Program-made: the position numbers and the translations under genes | Assembly: GCA_040772485.1 (NCBI GenBank) | Contig: JAXGYC010000009.1 | Location: 288,001-352,000, forward strand | Direction of reading: 5' to 3' | From: Sedimentisphaerales bacterium | Lineage (GTDB): Bacteria > Planctomycetota > Phycisphaerae > Sedimentisphaerales > Anaerobacaceae | Length of the DNA stretch: 64,000 nt | The notes under the pieces: model-generated | The model's database searches: none | What the model saw: the letters and a program-made list of their open reading frames with translations, nothing else | What the model was told of the DNA's origin: nothing | Shown: positions 28,986 to 38,822 of the stretch, piece after piece | How positions within the stretch are numbered: position 1 is the first letter of the stretch | How the letters are laid out: every line of letters starts with the position of its first letter

Positions 28986-29876
28986 ATGAAGCGGAAAGGT
29001 TTCACCTTAGTCGAGCTGTTGGTCGTGATTGCGATCATCGCTCTGTTGATGGGCATTCTGATGCCTGCCTTGTCGAGGGTCCGGCAGTTGGCGTTCCGGC
29101 TGACCTGCGGGACGAACCTGGCCGGCGTCGGCAAGGCCATGATGATCTACGCCAACGACTACGACAACGAGTTGCCGCGTTCCGGCGGCAAGAACGGCGA
29201 GTGGGGGCCGCTGCCCAACTGGGCGGCCAGCGATCGGTATGGGGCCTACGGGATGGGCGGCACGGCGGTCGGCAAAGGGAGCATCACCTCGTGCTTCTAC
29301 CTGCTGGTGAAGTACGCCGAAGTGACTCCGAAGTCGTTCGTCTGCAAGGGCGACACCGGGACCACCGAGTTCACTCTGGCCGACGAGCAGAATGTCCCGG
29401 TCGGGTTCGAGTTGATCGACGCCTGGGATTTCGGAAAGACGCCGTGGGATCATTGCAGCTACTCCTACCACGATCCGTTCGGCAAGTATCACCTGACCAC
29501 GTCGAGCGAGCCCGGTCTGGCGGTCGCGGCCGACCGCAACCCGTGGATCAAGAGCCCGGCTGCCGAGCCCGGCGTGTTCACGGAGTTCGTGCCGGACATT
29601 CCGCCGTACAACGGCAGCTCCGACGCGGCGATCAAGGGAAACGCCATCGCCCACCAGGGCGACGGCCAGAACGTACTGTTCCTCGACAGCCACGTCGATT
29701 TCGCCAAGCGTGCGTTCTGCTCGCTCGAGGACGACAATATCTACACGATGTCGGACTCCACGGTCGGCAAAGGAGCCACGCGAGGCCTCCAGCCGACCAT
29801 CAGCGGACGGACGGGGATTGAGCCGGCCAACCGGAAGGATTCGCTTCTCCTGCACGATCCCGACAAGTGGCGCTGA
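28986..29876 (+). CDS. Pilin-like protein, paralog 3
   Basis: MKRKGFTLVELL; conserved blocks shared with paralogs 1 and 2 alternate with divergent loops. Confidence 0.95.
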   Translation: MKRKGFTLVELLVVIAIIALLMGILMPALSRVRQLAFRLTCGTNLAGVGKAMMIYANDYDNELPRSGGKNGEWGPLPNWAASDRYGAYGMGGTAVGKGSITSCFYLLVKYAEVTPKSFVCKGDTGTTEFTLADEQNVPVGFELIDAWDFGKTPWDHCSYSYHDPFGKYHLTTSSEPGLAVAADRNPWIKSPAAEPGVFTEFVPDIPPYNGSSDAAIKGNAIAHQGDGQNVLFLDSHVDFAKRAFCSLEDDNIYTMSDSTVGKGATRGLQPTISGRTGIEPANRKDSLLLHDPDKWR

Positions 29877-30019
29877 GAGAGACAGAAAGGGGCTTGAGGG
29901 CGCCGTCCCGGCGCGTCGAGGCGGCCCCGTGATGCGGAGCGCGGGGCCGCCCTTTCCGGTGGTGGCGCCTGCCACGATCCGGTACAATTGGTGATCTCAG
30001 TCAGGTGAAGGGGACGGAA

Positions 30020-30928
30020 ATGAAGCGGCAGGGTTTCACGCTGATCGAGCTGCTCGTCGTCATCGCGGTGATCGCGCTGCTGCTGGCGTTGCTGATCCCG
30101 GCGTTGGGCGCCGCCCGCGAGCAGGCCCGAAGGGCCGTCTGCCTGAGCAACCTCCGCCAGCTCATGCTGGCTTGGCTGAGCTATGCCCACGAGCACGACG
30201 GCTGCCTCGTTGACGGCAGCGTCGCCCATGTCCACACGTATCGAGAGGCGGAAAGACGCGGCGCCGTGCGCGGCTGGTTGGGCCGGGCCTTCCTGGAGAC
30301 GAATCGTACCGCTTTGGCAGAGCATCCCGACAAGGGTTCCCTCTGGCCTTACATCAACGACGTGGACTTTTATCGCTGCCCCAATGGCATGGCGGGTCAT
30401 CTGGCCACTTACGGTATCGTCTCCGGCGCCAACGGCACGGAGATGGAGGGAACCGTCGTGGGCGACACTCGGGATTGGGGGACCCTGAACCACACGGGCA
30501 AGCGCGTCGGGAAGACGGTCCTGCACCTCTCGCGTCTGGAGGAGATTACCCATCCCGGCCCGGCCAAACGCGCGGTCTTCATCGACCTGGGGCAATCCAT
30601 CATATCCGATTTTCATGTGGATTACCTTTTTCCCTTGTGGCATACCGCCTACCCGCCGCCCCTTCGCCATGCGTCCGGGACGACGCTTTCCTTCGCCGAC
30701 GGCCACGCAGAGTGCTGGAAGTGGAAGGGCCGCGAGACCCTGGAGATCCCGCGCGAGCTGTTCCCTCGCGGCGAGCTTTTCATGGAAATCCTGGCCGAGG
30801 AAGCGCGAACAAGGGTGAACGACATTTCCGGGTACGAACCCCTGACCGAGGATGGCTTGCACGACTTGCAGCGACTCCAACGCGTCACCTGGGGCCGGGT
30901 GGGATACATAACAGCTCTGGATCGCTGA
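30020..30928 (+). CDS. Divergent pilin-like protein with canonical H-X9-DG motif
   Basis: [22 protein letters not shown] and [13 protein letters not shown] motifs. Confidence 0.93.
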   Translation: MKRQGFTLIELLVVIAVIALLLALLIPALGAAREQARRAVCLSNLRQLMLAWLSYAHEHDGCLVDGSVAHVHTYREAERRGAVRGWLGRAFLETNRTALAEHPDKGSLWPYINDVDFYRCPNGMAGHLATYGIVSGANGTEMEGTVVGDTRDWGTLNHTGKRVGKTVLHLSRLEEITHPGPAKRAVFIDLGQSIISDFHVDYLFPLWHTAYPPPLRHASGTTLSFADGHAECWKWKGRETLEIPRELFPRGELFMEILAEEARTRVNDISGYEPLTEDGLHDLQRLQRVTWGRVGYITALDR

Positions 30929-30951
30929 CCAGGACGAGAACAGCAACCTGT

Positions 30952-32019
30952 TCAGGAGGACACTCCTGGCGCAGGAACCGCTCGGGATCCACGAGCCGGA
31001 CGCAGGCCCCGATGGGCCGGGATGAAGTCCATGAGCTGGTAGTCGGTCTGGACCGACGCGATCGTTTCGCCTCGCTGCACGATCTCATCGAGGGCGATGG
31101 TCCCGAGCCGGCCGTGGGCGTTTCGCAGGTAGGCGACTCTCGTCGGGTCGATCCCCATGATTCGCGCCGCCGTGGCATCGACGGCAGGCAGATTCGTGCC
31201 CATCACGATCACTCCGGTCGGTTTCGGCGTGCCCATGATCGGGCCATCGCCCTCCATGCCGACGATGCCGTCGATGATGGCCAGGTGCGGCTGCACCGTC
31301 TGATTGATATCCAGAACGCACCCCTCGATCCCGGCCCAGTGCAGGACGTTCTTGGGCCACCCGTACACGATGCCGGGCATCATGCCGAACAGGTTCTTCA
31401 TCGACAGGGTCGCGCCGACCCAGTGATGCGTCTTCATCTTGGGCATCGAGACGATCCAGTCGACCTGGTCCACGGTGGCCGGCAGCGCGAGGGCGCGCAG
31501 GTTCGTTCGGCCGCCGGCGTTCGGTCGCACGATCAGATCGTCGTTGTTGAGATCGACGAACCGCAGCTTCTGTTCGACGAGCGATTCGGCCAGGCGGACC
31601 TCGTCGATGATCCGCATCGCGTCCGGGCAGTGGCCGGACCCTTCGCCGATGAGGATCTCGGCCGCTCCCAGCTTGCGGAACGCCTCGACCGCTGCGAAAA
31701 CGACCTCCGGCTGCGTGCAGATGTGAAGCGCGCCGCGGAAGGTTTCCACGAAGTTCGGCTTGAGCAGGATCCTCTTGCCGCGAACTTCGCCGGAGCCGAT
31801 GCCGAGTTGGCCCAATCCCGCCTCGATGATGGAGGCGAGGTCCACGCTATAGGAGGGGGCTTTGCCGATGAAGACCGCGGCCCTCCCGCGACGGTGGCGG
31901 AACTGATCGACGGCCAGCGCGCCGGCGACGCCGATGCCCGTGGCGGCCAGGGCATCGACGAGCAGCGCTCGCCTCGTGATCCTTCGCGACGACGGATTGT
32001 CCGGATGCGGATCGCTCAT
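30952..32019 (-). CDS. DUF362 domain protein, Tat-like signal
   Basis: ITRRALL, ILLKPN, T.PE, GEGS, PKMKTH, TLSMKNLFG, GMEGDGP and AVDA motifs. Confidence 0.9.
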   Translation of the reverse strand: MSDPHPDNPSSRRITRRALLVDALAATGIGVAGALAVDQFRHRRGRAAVFIGKAPSYSVDLASIIEAGLGQLGIGSGEVRGKRILLKPNFVETFRGALHICTQPEVVFAAVEAFRKLGAAEILIGEGSGHCPDAMRIIDEVRLAESLVEQKLRFVDLNNDDLIVRPNAGGRTNLRALALPATVDQVDWIVSMPKMKTHHWVGATLSMKNLFGMMPGIVYGWPKNVLHWAGIEGCVLDINQTVQPHLAIIDGIVGMEGDGPIMGTPKPTGVIVMGTNLPAVDATAARIMGIDPTRVAYLRNAHGRLGTIALDEIVQRGETIASVQTDYQLMDFIPAHRGLRPARGSRAVPAPGVSS

Positions 32020-32921
32020 TTCTCACCCTGCCAGTCAGCACGCTCGAAGAAATCGACCAGGCCCGTCCTGCAATGCCACGCGAGTGTGAGCAGACTCAAG
32101 GAAACCGTGTCATGCGGCCCGAATTTCTTCTGTCGGGCAAGGGCCTGGAGGATGCGTTCCTGCGGCCGGTCGACGGTTTCCTGCCAGGCATGAAGGGCGA
32201 GGATCGCCCAGGCCAGAGACAGCGGCGCGTGCAACAACGCCACTTCCGACTGCATATACGCAATGCTGTTTTTCACGGAGTCTTTCGGCGTCAGTCCCGC
32301 AAGGGCCTGCAGGCCTATGCCGGTAGTCTCCGCCGTGGGTCGCGACTCCGTTCCGAACGTGAAGGTGTTGCCGTAGTTCCAGCCGCCGGAAGGGAGTTGC
32401 CGGTCCAGGAGCAGGTGGACCCCGCCCTGTGCGCGCCAGTGAGTCATTCGTCCACAGGCCCGGAGCGCCAGGATGGCGTACGCGGTCGGCTCGACCCAGG
32501 GGTGCGTCCTGGCGATCCACGCCCAGCCCTTGATCGTTACGTCGTGCCCCGGCAGCGCCTCCGAGGGGTCCGGGGTGTTGACCTCAGCGCATTCGAGCAG
32601 GAATTGAAGGGCTCTGGCCTGAGACTCCTGGTATTGCGGTGCGCCATGCCATGCCAGCACGGCCAGGGCGGTGGGCCAGTAGGCGTCCGGCTGCTCCGCC
32701 GAGACGGGTACCCGTCCGTCCTGGGTCTGCGTATCCGCGAGGAGCCGTCTTGCGTTCTCGACCACGCGGGCGTCGCCACCGGCCGCCCGAAGCGCCAGAA
32801 TCGCCCAACATGCCGCGTCGGGTCGGAAACTCCCGCCCGGCCGATTGACTACCCCCACCCCTTCGACATAACGTTCTTCCAGGGCTTTCAGGTGCCATTT
32901 GTCATTTGGGTCAAGGAGCAT
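32016..32921 (-). CDS. Prenyltransferase/squalene-cyclase repeat (alpha-alpha toroid) protein
   Basis: LADTQTQDG, WPTALAVLA, GWAW....PWVEPTA and LLDRQLPSGGWNYGN QW-like repeats. Its stop overlaps the DUF362 start (ATGA). Confidence 0.85.
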   Translation of the reverse strand: MLLDPNDKWHLKALEERYVEGVGVVNRPGGSFRPDAACWAILALRAAGGDARVVENARRLLADTQTQDGRVPVSAEQPDAYWPTALAVLAWHGAPQYQESQARALQFLLECAEVNTPDPSEALPGHDVTIKGWAWIARTHPWVEPTAYAILALRACGRMTHWRAQGGVHLLLDRQLPSGGWNYGNTFTFGTESRPTAETTGIGLQALAGLTPKDSVKNSIAYMQSEVALLHAPLSLAWAILALHAWQETVDRPQERILQALARQKKFGPHDTVSLSLLTLAWHCRTGLVDFFERADWQGEK

Positions 32922-33016
32922 TCCAAAACCTCCCAAACCACCTATGTTACCAAATTTGATGTGGCTTTTGTAGCTTTTGTTCCCCTCTGGCGATGTGAAA
33001 AGACGCGGGGCCGGGT

Positions 33017-33045
33017 TTGAATTCTCGTTCGCCTTCTGGTAGACT
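33017..33045 (+). promoter_or_regulatory. Putative sigma70 promoter of the aconitase operon
   Basis: TTGAAT-17 bp-TAGACT with TG extended -10. Confidence 0.65.
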
Positions 33046-33077
33046 GGCGGCTTGGGATTCTTCAGGAGTGACGGACC

Positions 33078-35051
33078 ATGGGCAAGACGCTGATTCACAA
33101 GATACTGGAAGCCCATCTGGTCGCGGGCCGAATGGCGCCAGGCCAGGAGATCGGGATTCGCATCGACCAGACGCTGACCCAGGACGCCACCGGCACGACG
33201 GCTTTTCTGCTGTTCGAGTCGATGGGCGTTCCGCGCGTGCGGACGGACCTTTCGGTCAGCTACGTCGACCACAACATGGCCGGGTTCGGGCCGGAGAACC
33301 ACAACGACCATCTGTATCTCCAGACCGTCGCGGCCAAGAGCGGCGTCTACCATTCCCGCGCCGGCAATGGGATTTGCCATCAGGTACACCTGGAGCGGTT
33401 CGGCAAGCCCGGCGCGACGCTGCTGGGCAGCGACTCGCACACCCCAACCGGCGGCGGAATCGGCATGGTCGCGATCGGGGCCGGCGGACTCGACGTGGCG
33501 GTGGCGATGGCGGGCGGGCCGTTCTACCTGACCTGTCCGAAGGTCCTGGGCGTCAAGCTGACCGGCCGATTGAGCGACTGGGTCGCGGCCAAGGACGTGA
33601 TCCTCAAGCTGCTCAGCATTCTGTCGACGAAGGGCAACGTGGGCTGGGCGGTCGAATACTTCGGTCCCGGCGTCCGGACGTTGAGCGTCCCCCAGAGAGC
33701 GACAATTACGAACATGGGCGCCGAGCTGGGCGTCACGACGAGCCTGTTCGGCAGCGACGAGCAGACACGGGCTTTCCTGATCGCCCAGAAGCGCCAGAAG
33801 GACTATCAGCCCTTGCAGGCCGATGCGGACGCCGAGTACGACCGGGTCATCGAAATCGACCTGTCGCAACTCGAACCGCTGGCGGCCTGTCCCTCGTCGC
33901 CGGACAACGTCAAGACGGTTCGCGAAATCGCCGGGACCAAGGTCGGCCAGGTCGCGATCGGCAGTTGCACGAATTCCAGCTACACCGATCTGATGATGGT
34001 CGCTCAGGTCCTCAAAGCTCGCCGCGTCCACCCGATGGTCGAGCTTGGCATTTCGCCGGGCAGCCGGGAAGTGCTGAACATGCTGGCCCGCAACGGCGCG
34101 CTGGCCGATCTGATCGCCGCCGGGGCGCGGATTCTCGAATCGGGCTGCGGGCCGTGCATCGGCCAGGGCTTTTCGCCCGCCGACGACATGGTGAGCCTGC
34201 GGACGTTCAACCGCAACTTTGCCGGACGGACAGGGACCAAGGGCGACAAGGCTTATCTGGTCAGTCCCGAGACCGCCGTCGCGGCGGCTTTGACGGGCGA
34301 GATCACCGATCCGCGCGACTTGTCCGAACGAAGGGGCATTGCGTTTCCGACGATCGAGATGCCTGGGGAGTTCCACATCGACGACAGCATGATCGAGGCG
34401 CCTTTGGACGAGGCACAGGCGAGGAAGGCCGAGGTGTTGCGGGGCCGCACGATCGTCGTGCCCGAGGCGCCGCCGGCGCTTCAGAAGAAGCTCGACGGCC
34501 GGGTCCTGCTCAAATGCGGCGACAAGATTACCACCGACCACATCATGCCGGCCGGGACGTTCCTCAAGTTGCGGTCGAACGTGCCGGAGTACGCGAAGGT
34601 CGTGTTCAACTGCTTCAACGAGCCGGGCTCGCCGACGTTTGCCGAGCGGGCGCTGGCGCTCAAGAGCAAGGGCATTGCCGGCATCATTGTCGCCGGCGAG
34701 AGCTATGGGCAAGGCTCGTCGCGCGAGCACGCGGCGCTTTGCCCGATGTACCTGGGCGTCCGCGCGGTCATCGCCAAGACGATCGAACGAATCCACCGCG
34801 CCAATCTGATCAACTTCTGCATCGTTCCGATCCGGTTCGCCGATCCGGCCGATTACGACAGGCTCGAAGCAGGCGATGCGCTGGTCATCGACGATCTGAT
34901 CGGCGCGGTCAGGAATGCCCAGACGGTCAGGGTCGCCCGCCCGAGCGATGGCTTCCAGTTCGTCGGCAATCTGGAGCTGTCGAGCCGTGACCGCGAAGTC
35001 CTGCTGACCGCCGGCCTGCTGAGCTACACGCGAGAAAAGGCCCATGCGTGA
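33078..35051 (+). CDS. Aconitate hydratase (short type, about 650 aa)
   Basis: QDATGT, GICHQVHLE, SDSHT, IGSCTN, CGPCIG, TFNRNF, TTDHI.PAG and YGQGSSREHAA motifs. Confidence 0.95.
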   Translation: MGKTLIHKILEAHLVAGRMAPGQEIGIRIDQTLTQDATGTTAFLLFESMGVPRVRTDLSVSYVDHNMAGFGPENHNDHLYLQTVAAKSGVYHSRAGNGICHQVHLERFGKPGATLLGSDSHTPTGGGIGMVAIGAGGLDVAVAMAGGPFYLTCPKVLGVKLTGRLSDWVAAKDVILKLLSILSTKGNVGWAVEYFGPGVRTLSVPQRATITNMGAELGVTTSLFGSDEQTRAFLIAQKRQKDYQPLQADADAEYDRVIEIDLSQLEPLAACPSSPDNVKTVREIAGTKVGQVAIGSCTNSSYTDLMMVAQVLKARRVHPMVELGISPGSREVLNMLARNGALADLIAAGARILESGCGPCIGQGFSPADDMVSLRTFNRNFAGRTGTKGDKAYLVSPETAVAAALTGEITDPRDLSERRGIAFPTIEMPGEFHIDDSMIEAPLDEAQARKAEVLRGRTIVVPEAPPALQKKLDGRVLLKCGDKITTDHIMPAGTFLKLRSNVPEYAKVVFNCFNEPGSPTFAERALALKSKGIAGIIVAGESYGQGSSREHAALCPMYLGVRAVIAKTIERIHRANLINFCIVPIRFADPADYDRLEAGDALVIDDLIGAVRNAQTVRVARPSDGFQFVGNLELSSRDREVLLTAGLLSYTREKAHA

Positions 35052-35574
35052 GCGAGTGATCAGCGTCTTCGGCACGGCGCGGGCCCGCGCGGGCCAGCCG
35101 GTGTTTGCCGCGGCCGAGCAGTTGGGCCGGGGGCTGGCGCAGGCGGGTTTTGCGGTTGCCAACGGAGGCTACGGTGGTACCATGCTGGCGACGGCCAAAG
35201 GCGCCCGCGAGGCCGGCGGAACGGTGATTGGCGTGACCTGTTCGGCGTTCAAGAACAGCGTCGCCAACGAGTTCGTCAGCGAGCAGGTGACGACGGTCTC
35301 GTTGGACGAGCGGCTCGACACGCTGGTCCGCCTCGGCACGGGCTACGTCGTTCTGCCGGGCGGGACCGGGACGCTGCTGGAGCTGGCGAAGGTCTGGGAG
35401 CTGAAGAACAAGAGGTTCTTCGACCGGCGCAAGCCGATCGTGCTGTTGGGGGATTTCTGGAGGCCTTTGGTCGACTTGGTCTGCCGCGACGATCCGCGCA
35501 GCGCCGAACAGGTGAGTTTCGCCGCCGGGCCGGCCGATGCGGTCGAACGCATCAAGGAGGCTCTCGGGGATTAG
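35044..35574 (+). CDS. LOG family nucleotide phosphoribohydrolase
   Basis: ISVFG, NGGYGGTM, GG.VIG and PGGTGTLLE motifs. Confidence 0.9.
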   Translation: MRERVISVFGTARARAGQPVFAAAEQLGRGLAQAGFAVANGGYGGTMLATAKGAREAGGTVIGVTCSAFKNSVANEFVSEQVTTVSLDERLDTLVRLGTGYVVLPGGTGTLLELAKVWELKNKRFFDRRKPIVLLGDFWRPLVDLVCRDDPRSAEQVSFAAGPADAVERIKEALGD

Positions 35575-35589
35575 CCCGAGGATGTGAAG

Positions 35590-36435
35590 ATGAGGACGAA
35601 ACGGATGAATGTCTCAAGGATGGTTTTTGGCGTGGTCCTGCTGGCCGCGATTTCGGCGAATGCGGCCGAGACCTCGACCGCTCCACTGGTGCCCGACGGC
35701 ACGGTCCTTCAGGCGACCGATGGCACGCTGGCTCGCAGCGACAGCAACGATCTCTGGCTGTTCCAGTTCGTTCGGGACGTCAACGACGTCGGCGGTGCGT
35801 TGCCGGCAGGCTCGCAACTCCAGGTGCTGCCCTCTGTAATCCTGGACAGCATGGTCGCCGACGCCAACGACCGTCTCCTGCCTCGCTACCGGCTCAGCGC
35901 CCTGGTGACGCGGTACCGCGGGATGAACTACCTGTTTCCCAGCTATTATCTGCCGTTGAGCAAGTTGAAGGGCGCCGACGAGCCGCAGGAGGAACCTGAG
36001 GAACGTCTTGAGACTGTGTCGGATCCCGGCGTCGGGCCGGGCGGTCCGCTGGAGATTCCGGAGGAGGTTCTCGATCGGATACGGACCCGGCGACAGGCGC
36101 GCGGGCCCCAGCGCAGAGAGACCGACCAGGCCACCGGCCCCGAAGAAACCGGGCGCCGGGCGAGAACGCGCGTGCTCGTGGATCGAGTCGGTTTCATCGA
36201 ATTCACCCAGGGCCACCCGGTGTTCGTCCCGGACGGCCTCGGCCGGGGCGTCTCCGAGACCCGCTACACGTTGCTGCCGTGCAGCGCCCTGGAGCAGGCC
36301 GAACGACGGCTCGCGGCGTTCCCCCAGCCGATCCGGTTCAACGTCGCCGGGCTGGTCACCGAATACCAGGGCCGGAAGTATCTGCTGCTGCAACGGGCCA
36401 TCCGTGTCTACAACTACGGCAACTTCGGTGGGTAG
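35590..36435 (+). CDS. Exported hypothetical protein with two internal repeat domains
   Basis: Signal peptide (..SANA); duplicated LP...L..(x)n..R.....LVT.Y.G..YL motif; in an operon with aconitase and hisD. Confidence 0.8.
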   Translation: MRTKRMNVSRMVFGVVLLAAISANAAETSTAPLVPDGTVLQATDGTLARSDSNDLWLFQFVRDVNDVGGALPAGSQLQVLPSVILDSMVADANDRLLPRYRLSALVTRYRGMNYLFPSYYLPLSKLKGADEPQEEPEERLETVSDPGVGPGGPLEIPEEVLDRIRTRRQARGPQRRETDQATGPEETGRRARTRVLVDRVGFIEFTQGHPVFVPDGLGRGVSETRYTLLPCSALEQAERRLAAFPQPIRFNVAGLVTEYQGRKYLLLQRAIRVYNYGNFGG

Positions 36436-36441
36436 AATCTG

Positions 36442-37761
36442 ATGAGCGAAGGGCTGCAAGATCTGCTGATCCTTACGTCGGACCCGCAGGCCAGGGCGAG
36501 ACTCGCGAAGCTGCGACTCGACATGCTCGGCGCTGCGCGGTCGGCGAGCGAGAACAGCGAGCAGAATCGAACCGTTGTCGAGGTCCTTCGTGACATCCGC
36601 GAACGGGGCGATGAGGCGGTTGCCGCCTATACCGAGAAGTTCGACCGAGTCACTTTGCGGCCCGACGAGTTTCGCGTCGGCCCCGATGCGCTGGCTGCCG
36701 CCCATGCTTCGATGGACACAGCGCTGTTGGCGGCGCTGCGCAAGGCCATCGAGAACGTCCGCGCGTATCAGACGAAGATCTTCCTTGGCGGCCATTCCTC
36801 CTTCTTCGATGGAACGGGCATCCGATACACGCCGATCCGCCGGGCCGGCGTCTGCGTTCCCGGCGCCTCAGCGCCGCTGCCTTCGACGGTCATCATGACC
36901 GTGGTCCCCGCCCAGGTGGCGGGCGTCCGGGAGATCGCGGTGGTTTCGCCGCCGCGTCACGAGGGCGGCATCCATCCGGTCATCCTCGCGGTCTGTCACG
37001 AGCTGGGCGTCGAGGAGGTCTATCGCATCGGAGGGGTGCAGGCGGTCGGCGCCCTGGCCTGCGGGACACAGAGCATTCGCAAGGTGGACATCATCGTCGG
37101 ACCGGGCAACTCCTGGGTCCAGTCGGCCAAGAAGAACGTCGCGGGCGATTACGTGGGGATCGACTCGATCGCCGGGCCGAGCGAGGTGTTCATCCTCGCC
37201 AACGACCAGGCCGATCCCGCCTGGGTCGCGGCCGACATGCTCAGCCAGGCCGAACACGCCGCCGACAGCAGCGCCATCGTGGCGACCGATTCCGAACCGC
37301 TGGCCCGCGCCGTCGTCGCACAGCTCGCCTCGCAGCTCGCGCAGCTTCCCCGAGCCGACGACGCGAGGACCTCGCTGAAGCGATTCAGCCGCGTCATCGT
37401 GGTGGCGGATATGGATGCGGCTGTGGACCTGGCCAATGAGTTCGCCTCCGAGCACCTGGAAATCCAGTGCGGCTCGCGCAGCCGGGAGATTGCGGACCGG
37501 ATCACCAACGCCGGAGCGATCTTCATCGGTCCCCATACGCCGGTTGCCGTCGGCGACTATTGGGCCGGGCCGAGCCACACTCTGCCCACCGGCACGCGGG
37601 CCAAGTTCTCCAGCGCCCTGACCAGCAACGACTTCCTCAAGTCCATCAGCCTGATCGAATACAGCGCCGAGCGACTGGCCGGCTGTGCCGACGACATCAT
37701 CCGCCTCGCCCAAGTCGAAGGCCTCGACGCTCACGCTCGCAGCGTCCAGATTCGCCTGTAG
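36442..37761 (+). CDS. hisD: Histidinol dehydrogenase
   Basis: GGVQAVGALA, IVGPGN, IDSIAGPSE, DMLSQAEH, EHLE, GDY.AGPSHTLPT and EGL.AH motifs. Confidence 0.97.
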   Translation: MSEGLQDLLILTSDPQARARLAKLRLDMLGAARSASENSEQNRTVVEVLRDIRERGDEAVAAYTEKFDRVTLRPDEFRVGPDALAAAHASMDTALLAALRKAIENVRAYQTKIFLGGHSSFFDGTGIRYTPIRRAGVCVPGASAPLPSTVIMTVVPAQVAGVREIAVVSPPRHEGGIHPVILAVCHELGVEEVYRIGGVQAVGALACGTQSIRKVDIIVGPGNSWVQSAKKNVAGDYVGIDSIAGPSEVFILANDQADPAWVAADMLSQAEHAADSSAIVATDSEPLARAVVAQLASQLAQLPRADDARTSLKRFSRVIVVADMDAAVDLANEFASEHLEIQCGSRSREIADRITNAGAIFIGPHTPVAVGDYWAGPSHTLPTGTRAKFSSALTSNDFLKSISLIEYSAERLAGCADDIIRLAQVEGLDAHARSVQIRL

Positions 37762-37770
37762 TTGTAGCGC

Positions 37771-38781
37771 CTATATGCCCCAATCCAGCCGGTCGCGATA
37801 GCGCCAGTAGAACCGACCGAGACCGTTGGCCAGGACCAGGAGCAGGTAGATCTGCACCGCCAGGCGGAGAAACGCCCAGATCGGCAAGCGAGGTATGACC
37901 GCCGTGGCCAGAGCGGCGATGGCCAGGAAGAACAGGACCAGGGCGCCATAGGGCAGGAGGGTCCGCCATATCGACTGGAGGATCAGCAGGGGGTTCAGCG
38001 CTTCGAAGGAATCGAAGATCACCCCGCCCAGAAACGACATGGGCAGAAAGAAAACGCCGACGGCCCCGAGTAGCCAATACCATGCGTCGGTCCGCTCGGT
38101 CAGGACGTAGTACACGGCCACGGGCCAGCACGAGATGGCGACACAGGCGATCAAGAGGATGGTTTGTGACAGAAGGTCACCCAGGCTCAATGCGCGCGTC
38201 ATCTGGATATCCGAGGCGCGCCGGTGGCCCCTGGAACTGTCGACCACGCAGTGCGCAATGTAGTAGCACACATAGCACGCAAAGACGATGTAGAACGGCA
38301 ATGTCAGCAGTCGCGTCAGATACGCGGCGCCGCCCCCGGGAAGAGCCGGCCCGATGAACCCGGCCAAGAGATTGCCCACGAACGCCACGATCTGCGGCGC
38401 GATCACGAACACTCCGATGTTCACGGCCCCGGAACTGCTGACCGGATAGGCCAGGGCGTCGAGGAACCAGGGCAACCGCGGCTCCTCCATCACCTCGGCC
38501 AGAGGGTCGGCCGGGAGGGGGACACTCTGACCCTGCTCGGCCTCCGACGTCACGACCTCATCGGCTTGGCTGCGGGGCAGAGGTGCCTGAGCTGGAGCGG
38601 GCAGATCGAGAAGGTCATCCAGAGTCGGCTTTTTGGGGACGACGGCCTCAGGCGCCGCCGGCTCGGGCGCCGGCGGGACCTGGATCCTGGCCTTGCAGCG
38701 TGGACAGCGTCCGCTCCTGCCGGCCTGCTCGTCCGGCACTCGGATCTTCTGACCGCAGTTCGAGCAGCGAAATGTCACCAT
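37771..38781 (-). CDS. Zinc-ribbon membrane protein (DUF4013-like TM region), paralog B
   Basis: FRCSNCG..RCPRC zinc ribbon, Pro-rich linker, about 6 TM segments, C-terminal GRFYWRY.DRLDWG; GGAGG RBS. Confidence 0.85.
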   Translation of the reverse strand: MVTFRCSNCGQKIRVPDEQAGRSGRCPRCKARIQVPPAPEPAAPEAVVPKKPTLDDLLDLPAPAQAPLPRSQADEVVTSEAEQGQSVPLPADPLAEVMEEPRLPWFLDALAYPVSSSGAVNIGVFVIAPQIVAFVGNLLAGFIGPALPGGGAAYLTRLLTLPFYIVFACYVCYYIAHCVVDSSRGHRRASDIQMTRALSLGDLLSQTILLIACVAISCWPVAVYYVLTERTDAWYWLLGAVGVFFLPMSFLGGVIFDSFEALNPLLILQSIWRTLLPYGALVLFFLAIAALATAVIPRLPIWAFLRLAVQIYLLLVLANGLGRFYWRYRDRLDWGI

Positions 38782-38822
38782 ATCTTCTCTTCCTCCGGCG
38801 TCATTCTCTGCAAACGTCGTCC

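Noticed and set aside
25879..29876. Pilin repeats as a diversity-generating retroelement (TR/VR)
   Set aside because: No reverse transcriptase in the window, differences are not adenine-specific, and all copies are intact ORFs.
32016..35162. 1048-aa minus-strand ORF
   Set aside because: Only 32016-32921 is protein-like. The rest is the antisense shadow of aconitase, open because of high GC3.
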